A DNA stretch of 64,000 nucleotides from Macrostomum lignano (Eukaryota), in the NCBI GenBank assembly GCA_002269645.1, contig NIVC01001593.1, forward strand, positions 50,287 to 114,286, given 5' to 3'. Numbering within the stretch: position 1 is the first letter of the stretch; each line of letters begins with the position of its first letter. Positions 36,296 through 50,900 of the stretch are shown here, one piece after another. A program made the position numbers and the translations under genes. Below the pieces are notes generated by a model that worked only from the letters and a program-made list of their open reading frames with translations, was not told the DNA's origin and did no database searches.

Positions 36296-36583
36296 CTGAA
36301 ATATAAGAAGCACTTGTTGGATGTGTGTTTAACGCCAGGACAGACGAATGATGCTGTCTATGGCACAGCTCGTATATAACAGCAATCAACTTTTCCTTTT
36401 TACTAGCGTACTTGAGCCTGATCTCATTCACCCACTAAATTAAGCCTCAAATACAACACCCAAAGGGCCTGTCAACTTAAGCTCTGCATAAAGTGGAGCC
36501 CAATTAACCTATATGTACACAAATGATACGTCATATGCATTCTGCTCACGGTGACACTAGGAAGCTGGGTTTGGCAAAAAGGC

Positions 36584-36720
36584 GACAAAAATTAGACTTG
36601 GGATAGAGGAGAACAAGCAAGGAAGATAATTAGGGACTATTATATGAACTTAAGCTCATAAAATGGAGTTCCTAATTAGGCCCTTGCTTGTTCTCCCCTA
36701 TCCCAAGTCGAATTTTTGTC
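36584..36720. repeat. 137-bp palindromic element (MITE-like or long hairpin)
   Basis: 39-bp arms (36584-36622 and 36682-36720) are reverse complements with 2 mismatches; further imperfect pairing lies inside. Confidence 0.8.
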
Positions 36721-38286
36721 CGTTAATTGACTCCACTTCAGTGTCCGCGCCATTTCAGCCCACGGTAGAACTTCCATAATTATCGAGAGATCTTTACACT
36801 AGAACTTTAGAAAACACCGATGATATAACTACATGTATTGGTGTTTCTAGAAATTCTATAGAAGTTTCTAGAATTTCTACGTTTCCATAGGAACGCAGAT
36901 TAAACTCTCTGTAATTAAACCTATCCATGCAATTTATCCCCCAAGCAGATCCCTGAATTTAGAAGTCACACATAAAAGGTTTTTCTTCACCAAAATACAG
37001 CCATTCCTGCCCCAGCAGTAGTTGCCATGGCTACAGAGTGCTGCTGCAGTTTAAGGAGATAATCTTTCAGTCTGTAATAATAGCTGGGGCAGTTGGGACA
37101 GACCGTCTGCTTTCAGCCCAGGAGAGAGCTAAGGGAAGCCAGCATACTGTAGTCTTTAAAGTTAGAGATGGCAAGAAAAAGACCAACAATAGGTAGGGCT
37201 GCTGTTTGAGCACAAAAACAGCGCGCGCGCTCAAGTTTGCACACAATAACTCCCGAGCCCCCCCCCTACCAACCACCACCCTGCACCCTTCCAGCTTCTG
37301 CGCGTCTTTTTCCCGCGTCTTCAAGTTTTGGTCAGACTCGCATATCTTTTAACGACTGCATTGCGTGGGCCTCTGCTCACACTCCTGCCTCAACTGTGCC
37401 CCCCCCCACTCTTCCAGCTGCCTCCCATGCCCAAAATTTATATTATAGCCAATAGCAATATAACATTGGTCAGTTGGTTTGCTATAGGGGCAAAAAAGCA
37501 TAGCTCAGCTTGCCGCATCATTCAGACTCCATCTTTTCATCTCTCTCTCCCCCCCCCTCTCTCTCTCTCTAACGCACGCTTTGTGTCTCTTCCAGCCCCA
37601 CTCCGAGACCGCAATTTTTACTCCTTGGCAACTGAGAGTGGCACGGGACTGTAGAAATACACTAGCTAGAGCCGCACAGAACTTGTGGGAAAAATGAGAG
37701 AGCAGCGCGCATAGACAGCTGTGTTGAGAGCGAAAAAAGAGCATTCTTAGCCGCCAATCCTGCAACTTGAGCAGCCCAGTGCTCATCTGGCTTCGAATTC
37801 AATTTTAACAAACTAATCGTCGACAGTCGACTCAATCAGAAGCATTTCAATGTGAGTTGACATAATAAATTTCATTCTGTCAGCTATTACCTGTGAACTT
37901 TGGTGGTTGATTAAAACTAGAATTCAGAAGTTTTTTATTACAGTAGGAGGGCATCGTGATTTCGAGATCGGGCATATGCTACTACTAGGAGTCAGTAGGC
38001 CTGGGCTCGATCCCCGACATCGGCCAAGCTAAATAGGGTTGCTAAATAGCTAAATTGGTGCTTTAGCTTAAGCATTGATTAGTGCGACACAGCCAATAGC
38101 ACAGTATATGTAGAAGTGTACAACAGGAGTTGAGCGCTGTGCTAGCGTCAGTAGATTTAAGAGTGCAAAATTTCACCAGATAATATTAACAGAAAAACTA
38201 ACTCAAACTCAACACTCCACGCCAATCATTTGCAGCCAGCCAGACAGCTAGCAAGCCTCTATATTGTTCTGAAAGTACGAGTTGTC

Positions 38287-41255
38287 ATGGCGACCTTCAG
38301 CCAGCCGCCAGGCGTGCCCTCACCAATAATGCAGGTGGTGCGGCAGCCGCCACCACCGCAGCCCAGGCGCTGCCAGGTGCACTCGGAGGCAGCCCGAATG
38401 CCCGTGCCCTCCGTTTACGATCCGTACCCGCCTGACCCGCCGGCCGATGTCCCGATTCCCAAACGGGTGAACCCGCTGAGGCCGCAGCCGCCGGAACGGA
38501 TGACCTGCGTGACGGAGACCGGCGATCCGCACTATCAAAACCAGCAGCGGCTGGCCATGCTGGAGAGAAAGCAGTTCCACAGGTTCCACAACGCCTGGAG
38601 CCGCTACTATTACGGCTCGGTGGCTGAAAAGGAGCTGCACAAGTAGGTGTCGGGGGAGAATATGGATTGGGGGTTCGTTGTGTTCATCTTATTTACTAAA
38701 ATCCGGAGGAAGAATACAGACCCATGGGGGCTGCAATCCTCTAATTTACTAAAATCCAGAGGGAGAATATAGACCCCATGGGGGCTGCAATCCTCTAATT
38801 TACTAAAATCCAGAGGGAGAATATAGACCCCATGGGGGCTGCAATCCTCTAATTTACCAAAATCCGGAGGGAGAATATAGACCCCATGGGGGGCTGCAAT
38901 CGTCTAATTTACTAAAATCCGGAGGGAGAATATAGACCCCATGGGGGGGGGCTGCAATCGTCTAATTTACTAAAATCCGGAGGGAGAATATAGACCCCAT
39001 GGGGGGGGGGGCTGCAATCGTCTAATTTACTAAAATCCGGAGTGAGAATATAGACCCCATAGGGGGGGGGGGTGGTTGCACTCGTCTAATTTACTAAAAT
39101 CCAGAGGGAGAATATAGACCCCATGGGGGGCTGCACTCGTCTAATTTACTAAAATCCGGAGGGAGAATATAGACCCCATGGGGGCTGCAATCCTCTAATT
39201 TACTAAAATCCAGAGGGAGAATATAGACCCCATGGGGGCTGTACTCGTCTAATTTACTAAAATCCGGAGGGAGATTTTTACATTCCTTCTACTTTACTCG
39301 CCTTGAAGCTAGTTCGTAAAATCAACGTCAATGTCTGAAAGTTGTAGCCTAGTGGTTAAAGCGTCGAACTTACACGTACGACTGAAAGGTCGGGGGTTCG
39401 ATTCTCGACCCATTCCGAACAATACGGATAGCTAAGATAACCGTGTCAAAAGCAATATTTAATCTGCCAGTAAATCATATCGGTTCCAGCCGGTACTTTC
39501 GCGAGGGCTTGAAGCAGCAGATGCGCGACAGCGACGAGAAGAACCGGCGAGTCTTTCGGGAGAAGGCGCAGGGTAAGGCGAATCTTTAGAGAATTCCTCT
39601 GTGAAAATCCACCGACAAAATGCTAACTAATGGGAAATCCTCTGGGGAAATTCTATGGGAAAATCCTCACGGGAAATCCTCAGGGAAAATCCTTGGGGGA
39701 AATCCTCATGGAAATCCTAATGGGAAATTTTCAATGGAAATCCTAATGGAAATCCTAATGGGAAATTTTCAATGGAAATCCTAATGGAAATCCTAATGGG
39801 AAATCCTAATGGGAAATTTTCAGGGGAATCCTTTAGGGAAATCCTCAGGGAAATCCTCATAGAAATCCTAATGGGAAATTTTCAATGGAAATCCTAATGG
39901 AAATCCTCAGGGGAAATCCTAATGAGAAATTTTCATGGGAAATCCTTTGGGGAAATCCTCAGGGAAATCCTCAAGGAAATCCTCAGAGAAAATCCTTGGG
40001 GGAAATCCTCATAGAAATCCTAATGGGAAATTTTTAAGGGAAATCCTCATGGAAATCCTCAGGGGAAATCTTAATGGCAAATTTTCAGGGGGAAATCCAC
40101 AAGGGAAATCCTTGGGGGAATCCTCAGGGGAACTCTAATAGGAAATTTTCAAGCGAAATCCCCAGGGGGATTATTAAAATGATGAAAGGTGGGGGATTAT
40201 TATGATTAGACAACTCTCCAACTGCATGACTCATAATTCCCACAGAGAGTTCCGTTGCTTTTTCACGCGATCGGCAGGACATCGAGAGCGAACAGGTGCA
40301 GAGGGCCTCTAAGCACCAGTTCCTCACGCAGTACCGGGACGCCAATAAAATGGTATGAGGGTCTTTTATGGATCTGCTTGGTGGGTCATTTAGCTCCCCA
40401 TTCAGTTTGGGTCATGAGGGTCGTGATCTACACAATCCAAGTAGGTCACGGGGTTGGTATCAATCCCATGCAGGGATTATGATGGCATCAAGAGGAAGGG
40501 GTCTTAAGAGGATCATGATAGTTTATGAGGGAATCATGATGGTATCATGAGGGATCATGAGGGGATCATGAGGGATTATGAGGGGATCATGAGGGATTAT
40601 GAGGGGATCATGAGGGATCATGAGGGGATCATGAGGGATCATGAGGGGATCATGAGGGATTATGAGGGGATCATGAGGGATCATGAGGGGATCATGAGGG
40701 ATTATAAGGGGATCATGAGGGAATATGAGGGGATCATGAGGGAAATATGAGGGGATCATGAGGGAATATGAGGGGATCATGAGGGAATATGAGGGGATCA
40801 TGAGGGAATATGAGGGGATCATGAGGGATTATGAGGGGATCATGAGGTATTATGAAGGGATCATGAAGGATTATGAGGGGATTATGAGGGGATCATGAGG
40901 GAATATGAGGGGATCATGAGGGGATCATGTGGGTTTCATTCGGCCCTAATCCAGTGCGAGTTTCCAGTGAGCATCCTGATTATCACATAATACAGCCAGC
41001 CAAGTATTGGTTGCAAAGAGTACAAATAAAGTCAAATAAATTGATAGGCCACAAACTGTTTCTATTCTACTAAAAGTAACAACTGCCAGTTGCTCATCGG
41101 CATAACAGAATCCCCCTCCCCCCGCGTCACAACCGCCGATGCAGATGATGGAGGAGAAGGCGCAGCGCCTCCGAGCCGAACGGCAGCGAGAGCTTCAGTT
41201 CGACCGGGAGCAGCTGAAGTACAACCCCATCAATTGGAGCTGCTCGTTGAAGTGA
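38287..41255 (+). CDS. Uncharacterised 218-aa protein, 4 exons (38287-38642, 39490-39572, 40246-40352, 41145-41255)
   Basis: All introns are GT-AG with matching phases (2, 1, 0); total 657 nt. Pro-rich N-terminus, charged coiled-coil-like middle, ends NPINWSCSLK*. Possible 5' UTR intron at 37852-38235. Confidence 0.85.
38690..39275 (+). repeat. ~54-63-bp minisatellite with a CCCCATGGGG palindrome and variable G-run (intron 1)
   Basis: GGGAGAATATAGACCCCATG(G)nCTGCAATC...TTTACTAAAATCC repeated about 10 times. Confidence 0.9.
39341..39410 (+). mobile_element. tRNA-like Pol III head (truncated SINE or tRNA pseudogene)
   Basis: A-box TAGTGGTTAAAG and B-box GGTTCGATTC; similar to the head of the SINE at 24660; no acceptor stem. 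Confidence 0.6.
39630..40165 (+). repeat. Degenerate GGAAATCCTC/GGAAATTTTC short-unit repeat (intron 2)
   Basis: Repeated GAAATCC and GAAATTTT motifs. Confidence 0.85.
40520..40930 (+). repeat. 10/11-bp ATCATGAGGG(G) repeat (intron 3)
   Basis: Direct periodicity, about 21-bp dimer. Confidence 0.9.
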
Positions 41256-41267
41256 TTTATGATTACG

Positions 41268-41475
41268 AATTAGATTGTGATTATGGACTATGACTATGAT
41301 TATGATTATGACTATGATTATGATTATGATTATGACTATGATTATGATTATGATTATGATTACGATTATGATTATTCATGATTACGATTATGATTATAAT
41401 TAAATTATGATTATGATTATGATTATGATTGTGATTATGATTATGATTATGATTTTGATTGTGATTATGATTGTG
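41268..41475 (+). repeat. (GATTAT)n microsatellite just 3' of the stop codon
   Basis: Direct observation. Confidence 0.9.
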
Positions 41476-42002
41476 GTCCTTCCAAAGCAGGCATATTTTT
41501 ACAATTGGACCATTAGAAGCTGTAAACCTTATTTATTTATTTTTGTTTTCTAGTATCTGTGCAAGTGACTGTCTAAATGAACCTAATTGGTTCATTAATA
41601 AAATATAAATTTTGTTAATATCTATTGACAGACTTTTAGATTAGAATATCCTGATTTTTATTCTAACATCTGCCCAAATTGTCTCATATTTGTTCCTATT
41701 GCTTTGGCTTTATAGCGATGCAGAAATATTTTTGTTATAGTTCACTAACTACTTTTAAACTATGCCGGAATTTGCTTTAGCGTATTGAAGACCTTTTTTG
41801 AACTTTTGCTCATTGATATCGGCTTTGAAAAAAGCTTGCTGCCTTGCACTTGAGCTTCTATGTGCTTTAGGCTGTGACTTTCAATTACATTTGTTCAGTA
41901 CAAACCAATACTGTTGCCTCTTTGAATCGAATAATTTTTAAATATTGCATCCATGTTAGTTCCAATGCATTTAAAAGGTTTTATGGTGATACACAGGTAG
42001 AT

Positions 42003-42603
<601 letters not shown>

Positions 42604-43105
42604 GCTACACAGCTGGGTGGTAAGTAGGCCCCCCTACTGGTAAGTAGGGAGGCGAATGAATAGGTAGGCAGAGCGCTGGTAAGCATTAAGAGTGCTATTA
42701 TCTCAACACCAATTGTTGCCAAGCGCCAGAATTCGCAGCAGTAACTGCAGCGGTAACTGGATGACATGCAGTCTGAGCAGTTGAGTTGAGCGTTGGCAGA
42801 AGTGCGAGCGTAGCCAGACACAGAAAGGCGGCCGTAGTGCGAAAAAAAATAGCCGAATGGAAGGCAGGTGGCACTCGGGCCGCTGAGCCAGCGCCTCCCC
42901 TCCAATCGACAGCCCCCGGAATGGCCACGAGCGACAGAGGAGGAGGAGAGAGAGAGAAAATAATGGAGAGAGAGGAGGGGTGGCGCTGGAAGGCGGTGAA
43001 AGAAAAGCTAAAAAATAAGCTGCTATAATTGCAGCACCAGAGGCTGGAAAAAAGAGCTCAATTTCGCAGCTGAATTAGTTGCTATAGTAACCGTCCGAAG
43101 CTACG

Positions 43106-44555
43106 ATGGCCAGCGGCCTGTTCATGCGGCTGCAGGCCCGGCAGGCGCCGGCGAAGATGTACGGCTTCGGGGCCGTCGACCGACCCCGCCAGCGGGACAT
43201 TGTGGCCCGCCTGACTGCGCCGCAGCGGCCGGCTACAGCGGCCTCGGGCTCGCATCGGGCCGGCGGGGCAGCAGCTGGAGGTCGGCCGGCTTCTGCCGCT
43301 CCTGCCGCTGCTGCAGCCTCGTCGGCGTCGCGCGTCGACAACGACAGCGCGGACAATGAGGAAGATGATGACGACGACGATGCGTGCGTTGACGACTCGG
43401 ACGGCTCCGTCTGCGAGCGCTACCAGGCCAGCCTGCGGCGGGACTCCCGGCCGCGGCGCCTCCTGGCGGCCGAGAGCTACTCCAGGGCGCTGTTCGCCCG
43501 CCTCGGCCGGTCGCACACCTTCAGCAGCCGGTGCAAGCAGCGCGGCCTCGACCCGCACCGGCTGTGCAGCCGCGGCGCCGGCGAGTCGCCCGACTACGCG
43601 CCGATTCGCGACATCAACGCCGCTGCCAAGGCGCCGCCGCAGCTCCCGCCGCCAGCCGAGAAGCCGCATCAGCAGCAGCAGCAGCAGCAGCAGCAGCGCC
43701 AGGGCCCCAGCCTGTCCGCTGTCATCGGCTTCAACCGGTTGGCGAACCGGGCGGCGGCAAAGCAGTCGCCGGAGCGTCGGCAGGAGGCGGCCAAGCAGCG
43801 AGCCAGCCCGTTCGGCCTGGTGTTCCGGACGGCGGCCAGGCGGGACCAGGACGGCGGCGGCGGCGCCGAGCAGACGGTGGCGTCGACGGCGGTGTTTGGC
43901 GCGCTGGGCCGCCTGCGCTACCGGGCGAAGCGCGAGGAGCTGCAGCAGCGGCAGCGGGACCAGCAGGCCAAGCAGCTGCGCTCAGACTGGGAGATCGTCA
44001 ACGCCACGGAGTTCGTGCGCGACTACGAGCGGGAGAATCGGCGGGACATGCAGCTGGCCGAGCTGAGCAGACCGACGGTGTCCAGCCGGTTCAAGGGCGT
44101 CGGCGGCAGCGGCGGAGTTTGTCCTTTCTGTCAGGAGATGCCGGAGCTGGCGGCTGAGTGGCAGCAGAAGCTGGCGATAAACGGCAAAGGCGAGAAGCAG
44201 CAGCGGCCGGAGTGTCGGCACTGCGGGGAGCTTGCCGACGGCGTCTCGGCGACGACGGCTGACACCGAGGCGGCACCGGTGGAGAAGCCGGCGGCACCGG
44301 CGGAGACCTGGGGCAAGGAGGAGGAGGCCGCGCTGGTGTCGAGGCTGCGGGCTCCGACCCGAGCCAGCGAGGGTGGCGTCCCGTTCTGCCGGCGCGGCCA
44401 GGAGGACGCGGGTCCTTGGCTTGGCAGCGGCCAGCTCGGCTTCGAGGTGCAGCGGCCCAAGAGCGGCCTTGAGCGGGTGAGAAGCGCCCAGAAACGGCGC
44501 GAACTCATCGACGCATTGTCTGTCCGGCTGCACAGCGGCAACGGAAGCAGCGGCA

Positions 44556-44622
<67 letters not shown>

Positions 44623-44650
44623 TCAGAGGCAGCCAGCTCAGAGACTCTAA
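43106..44650 (+). CDS. Uncharacterised 514-aa low-complexity protein (single long exon)
   Basis: 1545-nt ATG-to-TAA ORF with strong GC3 bias against AT-richer flanks; acidic, poly-Q and (GGC)20 poly-Gly tracts; CPFC...CRHC motif. Confidence 0.8.
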
Positions 44651-44988
44651 TTATAGCATGGAGGCTGCAGATTGCTCCCTAATCAAGCCAATCAGTTAAA
44701 TATACAAATGATGTGTAAAGTGTAAACTTATTTGCAGGTAAAGTTTTTTTAGCGACTTTTCACCTGGGCCGCAACGCAGAGGTCAAAGCTGACGTCTGAT
44801 TCAGACAAGTCAAATTTATGACCCTCTAGTTCTAAACTTAGAATACCTTGAAATGAGTGCGCGGATTTAATTGAGTTGGTTAAATTGTACGCTTGGGAGC
44901 AGCGGCTCCTGTGAATGCCTGCCCAGGTATATCCTGGAGTTTGCAGCGTTGCTATTGGGAGCCGGTCTGCTTTGAATTTGACTCTGGA

Positions 44989-47900
44989 GGAATTCAGTGG
45001 ATTGCTAATCTAGCCTACACCATGGATGAAGGAATAGAATGGATTGCTAATCTAGCCTACACCATGGATGAAGGAATACAATGGATTGCTAATCTAGCCT
45101 ACATCATGGATGAAGGAATACAATGGATTGCTAATCTAGCCTACACCATGGATGAAGGAATACAATGGATTGCTAATCTAGCCTACACCATGGATGAAGG
45201 AATACAATGGATTGCTAATCTAGCCTACACCATGGATGAAGGAATACAATGGATTGCTAATCTAGCCTACACCATGGATGAAGGAATACAATGGATTGCT
45301 AATCTAGCCTACACCATGGATGAAGGAATACAATGGATTGCTAATCTAGCCTACACCATGGATGAAGGAATACAATGGATTGCTAATCTAGCCTACACCA
45401 TGGATGAAGGAATAGAATGGATTGCTAATCTAGCCTACACCATGGATGCAGGAATACAATGGATTGCTAATCTAGCCTACACCATGGATGAAGGAATAGA
45501 GTGGATTGCTAATCTAGCCTACACCATGGATGAAGGAATACAATGGATTGCTAATCTAGCCTACACCATGGATGAAGGAATACAATGGATTGCTAATCTA
45601 GCCTACACCATGGATGAAGGAATACAATGGATTGCTAATCTAGCCTACACCATGGATGAAGGAATACAATGGATTGCTAATCTAGCCTACACCATGGATG
45701 CAGGAATACAATGGATTGCTAATCTAGCCTACACCATGGATGCAGGAATACAATGGATTGCTAATCTAGCCTACACCATGGATGAAGGAATAGAATGGAT
45801 TGCTAATCTAGCCTACACCATGGATGAAGGAATACAATGGATTGCTAATCTAGCCTACACCATGGATGAAGGAATACAATGGATTGCTAATCTAGCCTAC
45901 ACCATGGATGAAGGAATACAATGGATTGCTAATCTAGCCTACATCATGGATGCAGGAATACAATGGATTGCTAATCTAGCCTACACCATGGATGAAGGAA
46001 TAGAATGGATTGCTAATCTAGCCTACACCATGGATGAAGGAATACAATGGATTGCTAATCTAGCCTACACCATGGATGAAGGAATAGAGTGGATTGCTAA
46101 TCTAGCCTACACCATGGATGAAGGAATAGAATGGATTGCTAATCTAGCCTACACCATGGATGAAGGAATACAATGGATTGCTAATCTAGCCTACACCATG
46201 GATGAAGGAATACAATGGATTGCTAATCTAGCCTACACCATGGATGAAGGAATACAATGGATTGCTAATCTAGCCTACACCATGGATGCAGGAATAGAGT
46301 GAATTGCTAATCTAGCCTACACCATGGATGCAGGAATAGAGTGAATTGCTAATCTAGCCTACACCATGGATGCAGGAATACAATGGATTGCTAATCTAGC
46401 CTACACCATGGATGCAGGAATACAATGGATTGCTAATCTAGCCTACACCATGGATGAAGGAATAGAATGGATTGCTAATCTAGCCTACACCATGGATGAA
46501 GGAATACAATGGATTGCTAATCTAGCCTACACCATGGATGAAGGAATACAATGGATTGCTAATCTAGCCTACACCATGGATGAAGGAATACAATGGATTG
46601 CTAATCTAGCCTACACCATGGATGAAGGAATTGAGTGGATTGCTAATCTAGCCTACACCATGGATGAAGGAATACAATGGATTGCTAATCTAGCCTACAT
46701 CATGGATGCAGGAATACAATGGATTGCTAATCTAGCCTACATCATGGATGAAGGAATACAATGGATTGCTAATCTAGCCTACACCATGGATGAAGGAATA
46801 CAATGGATTGCTAATCTAGCCTACACCATGGATGAAGGAATAGAGTGAATTGCTAATCTAGCCTACACCATGGATGAAGGAATACAATGGATTGCTAATC
46901 TAGCCTACACCATGGATGCAGGAATAGAGTGAATTGCTAATCTAGCCTACACCATGGATGCAGGAATAGAGTGAATTGCTAATCTAGCCTACACCATGGA
47001 TGCAGGAATACAATGGATTGCTAATCTAGCCTACACCATGGATGCAGGAATACAATGGATTGCTAATCTAGCCTACACCATGGATGAAGGAATACAATGG
47101 ATTGCTAATCTAGCCTACACCATGGATGCAGGAATACAATGGATTGCTAATCTAGCCTACACCATGGATGAAGGAATACAATGGATTGCTAATCTAGCCT
47201 ACACCATGGATGAAGGAATACAATGGATTGCTAATCTAGCCTACATCATGGATGAAGGAATACAATGGATTGCTAATCTAGCCTACACCATGGATGAAGG
47301 AATACAATGGATTGCTAATCTAGCCTACACCATGGATGAAGGAATACAATGGATTGCTAATCTAGCCTACACCATGGATGAAGGAATACAATGGATTGCT
47401 AATCTAGCCTACACCATGGATGAAGGAATACAATGGATTGCTAATCTAGCCTACACCATGGATGAAGGAATAGAATGGATTGCTAATCTAGCCTACACCA
47501 TGGATGAAGGAATACAATGGATTGCTAATCTAGCCTACACCATGGATGAAGGAATACAATGGATTGCTAATCTAGCCTACATCATGGATGAAGGAATAGA
47601 ATGGATTGCTAATCTAGCCTACACCATGGATGAAGGAATAGAATGGATTGCTAATCTAGCCTATACCATGGATGAAGGAATAGAATGGATTGCTAATCTA
47701 GCCTACACCATGGATGAAGGAATACAATGGATTGCTAATCTAGCCTACATCATGGATGAAGGAATAGAATGGATTGCTAATCTAGCCTACATCATGGATG
47801 AAGGAATAGAATGGATTGCTAATCTAGCCTACATCATGGATGCAGGAATACAATGGATTGCTAATCTAGCCTACACCATGGATGAAGGAATACAATGGAT

Positions 47901-50900
47901 TGCTAATCTAGCCTACACCATGGATGAAGGAATACAATGGATTGCTAATCTAGCCTACACCATGGATGAAGGAATAGAATGGATTGCTAATCTAGCCTAC
48001 ACCATGGATGAAGGAATACAATGGATTGCTAATCTAGCCTACACCATGGATGAAGGAATAGAGTGGATTGCTAATCTAGCCTACACCATGGATGAAGGAA
48101 TAGAATGGATTGCTAATCTAGCCTACACCATGGATGAAGGAATACAATGGATTGCTAATCTAGCCTACACCATGGATGAAGGAATACAATGGATTGCTAA
48201 TCTAGCCTACACCATGGATGAAGGAATACAATGGATTGCTAATCTAGCCTACATCATGGATGAAGGAATAGAATGGATTGCTAATCTAGCCTACACCATG
48301 GATGAAGGAATAGAATGGATTGCTAATCTAGCCTACACCATGGATGAAGGAATACAATGGATTGCTAATCTAGCCTACACCATGGATGAAGGAATACAAT
48401 GGATTGCTAATCTAGCCTACATCATGGATGAAGGAATAGAATGGATTGCTAATCTAGCCTACATCATGGATGAAGGAATACAATGGATTGCTAATCTAGC
48501 CTACATCATGGATGCAGGAATACAATGGATTGCTAATCTAGCCTACACCATGGATGAAGGAATACAATGGATTGCTAATCTAGCCTACACCATGGATGAA
48601 GGAATACAATGGATTGCTAATCTAGCCTACACCATGGATGAAGGAATACAATGGATTGCTAATCTAGCCTACACCATGGATGAAGGAATACAATGGATTG
48701 CTAATCTAGCCTACACCATGGATGAAGGAATAGAGTGAATTGCTAATCTAGCCTACACCATGGATGAAGGAATAGAGTGAATTGCTAATCTAGCCTACAC
48801 CATGGATGAAGGAATAGAGTGAATTGCTAATCTAGCCTACACCATGGATGAAGGAATAGAGTGGATTGCTAATCTAGCCTACACCATGGATGAAGGAATA
48901 GAGTGAATTGCTAATCTAGCCTACATCATGGATGAAGGAATAGAATGGATTGCTAATCTAGCCTACACCATGGATGAAGGAATACAATGGATTGCTAATC
49001 TAGCCTACACCATGGATGAAGGAATACAATGGATTGCTAATCTAGCCTACACCATGGATGAAGGAATAGAATGGATTGCTAATCTAGCCTACATCATGGA
49101 TGAAGGAATAGAATGGATTGCTAATCTAGCCTACATCATGGATGCAGGAATACAATGGATTGCTAATCTAGCCTACACCATGGATGAAGGAATACAATGG
49201 ATTGCTAATCTAGCCTACACCATGGATGAAGGAATACAATGGATTGCTAATCTAGCCTACACCATGGATGAAGGAATACAATGGATTGCTAATCTAGCCT
49301 ACACCATGGATGAAGGAATAGAATGGATTGCTAATCTAGCCTACACCATGGATGAAGGAATAGAATGGATTGCTAATCTAGCCTACACCATGGATGAAGG
49401 AATACAATGGATTGCTAATCTAGCCTACACCATGGATGAAGGAATACAATGGATTGCTAATCTAGCCTACACATGGATGAAGGAATAGAATGGATTGCTA
49501 ATCTAGCCTACACCATGGATGAAGGAATAGAATGGATTGCTAATCTAGCCTACACCATGGATGAAGGAATACAATGGATTGCTAATCTAGCCTACACCAT
49601 GGATGAAGGAATACAATGGATTGCTAATCTAGCCTACATCATGGATGAAGGAATAGAATGGATTGCTAATCTAGCCTACACCATGGATGAAGGAATACAA
49701 TGGATTGCTAATCTAGCCTACACATGGATGAAGGAATACAATGGATTGCTAATCTAGCCTACACCATGGATGAAGGAATACAATGGATTGCTAATCTAGC
49801 CTACACCATGGATGAAGGAATACAATGGATTGCTAATCTAGCCTACACCATGGATGAAGGAATACAATGGATTGCTAATCTAGCCTACACCATGGATGAA
49901 GGAATACAATGGATTGCTAATCTAGCCTACACCATGGATGAAGGAATAGAGTGAATTGCTAATCTAGCCTACACCATGGATGAAGGAATAGAATGATTGC
50001 TAATCTAGCCTACACCATGGATGAAGGAATAGAATGGATTGCTAATCTAGCCTACACCATGGATGAAGGAATAGAGTGGATTGCTAATCTAGCCTACACC
50101 ATGGATGAAGGAATAGAGTGGATTGCTAATCTAGCCTACACCATGGATGAAGGAATAGAATGGATTGCTAATCTAGCCTACACCATGGATGAAGGAATAC
50201 AATGGATTGCTAATCTAGCCTACACCATGGATGAAGGAATACAATGGATTGCTAATCTAGCCTACACCATGGATGAAGGAATAGAATGGATTGCTAATCT
50301 AGCCTACACATGGATGAAGGAATAGAATGGATTGCTAATCTAGCCTACACCATGGATGAAGGAATACAATGGATTGCTAATCTAGCCTACACCATGGATG
50401 AAGGAATACAATGGATTGCTAATCTAGCCTACACCATGGATGAAGGAATACAATGGATTGCTAATCTAGCCTACACCATGGATGAAGGAATACAATGGAT
50501 TGCTAATCTAGCCTACACCATGGATGAAGGAATAGAATGGATTGCTAATCTAGCCTACACCATGGATGAAGGAATAGAATGGATTGCTAATCTAGCCTAC
50601 ACCATGGATGAAGGAATACAATGGATTGCTAATCTAGCCTACACCATGGATGAAGGAATACAATGGATTGCTAATCTAGCCTACACATGGATGAAGGAAT
50701 AGAATGGATTGCTAATCTAGCCTACACCATGGATGAAGGAATAGAATGGATTGCTAATCTAGCCTACACCATGGATGAAGGAATACAATGGATTGCTAAT
50801 CTAGCCTACACCATGGATGAAGGAATACAATGGATTGCTAATCTAGCCTACATCATGGATGAAGGAATAGAATGGATTGCTAATCTAGCCTACACATGGA

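Larger units (their letters stand above)
30830..36297 (+). repeat. Tandem segmental duplication, unit 3; truncated LTR 30830-31767, right end continuous with unique DNA
   Basis: Same junction at 30826-30830; homology ends at 36297 (ATTTGCT|GAAATA). Confidence 0.96.

Noticed and set aside
19892-36297. Helitron or other rolling-circle element explaining the tandem units
   Set aside because: No Rep/helicase, no 5'-TC/3'-CTRR termini with a subterminal hairpin, and the unit boundaries cut through an LTR and a host splice site.
39341-39410. Functional tRNA gene
   Set aside because: A and B boxes are present, but there is no acceptor stem and the anticodon loop is oversized; it resembles a SINE head.
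43082-44541. Overlapping alternative-frame and antisense ORFs
   Set aside because: Shadow ORFs expected from the GC-rich 514-aa CDS. The same applies to 821-1243, 7124-7889, 56203-56908 and those overlapping gag/pol.
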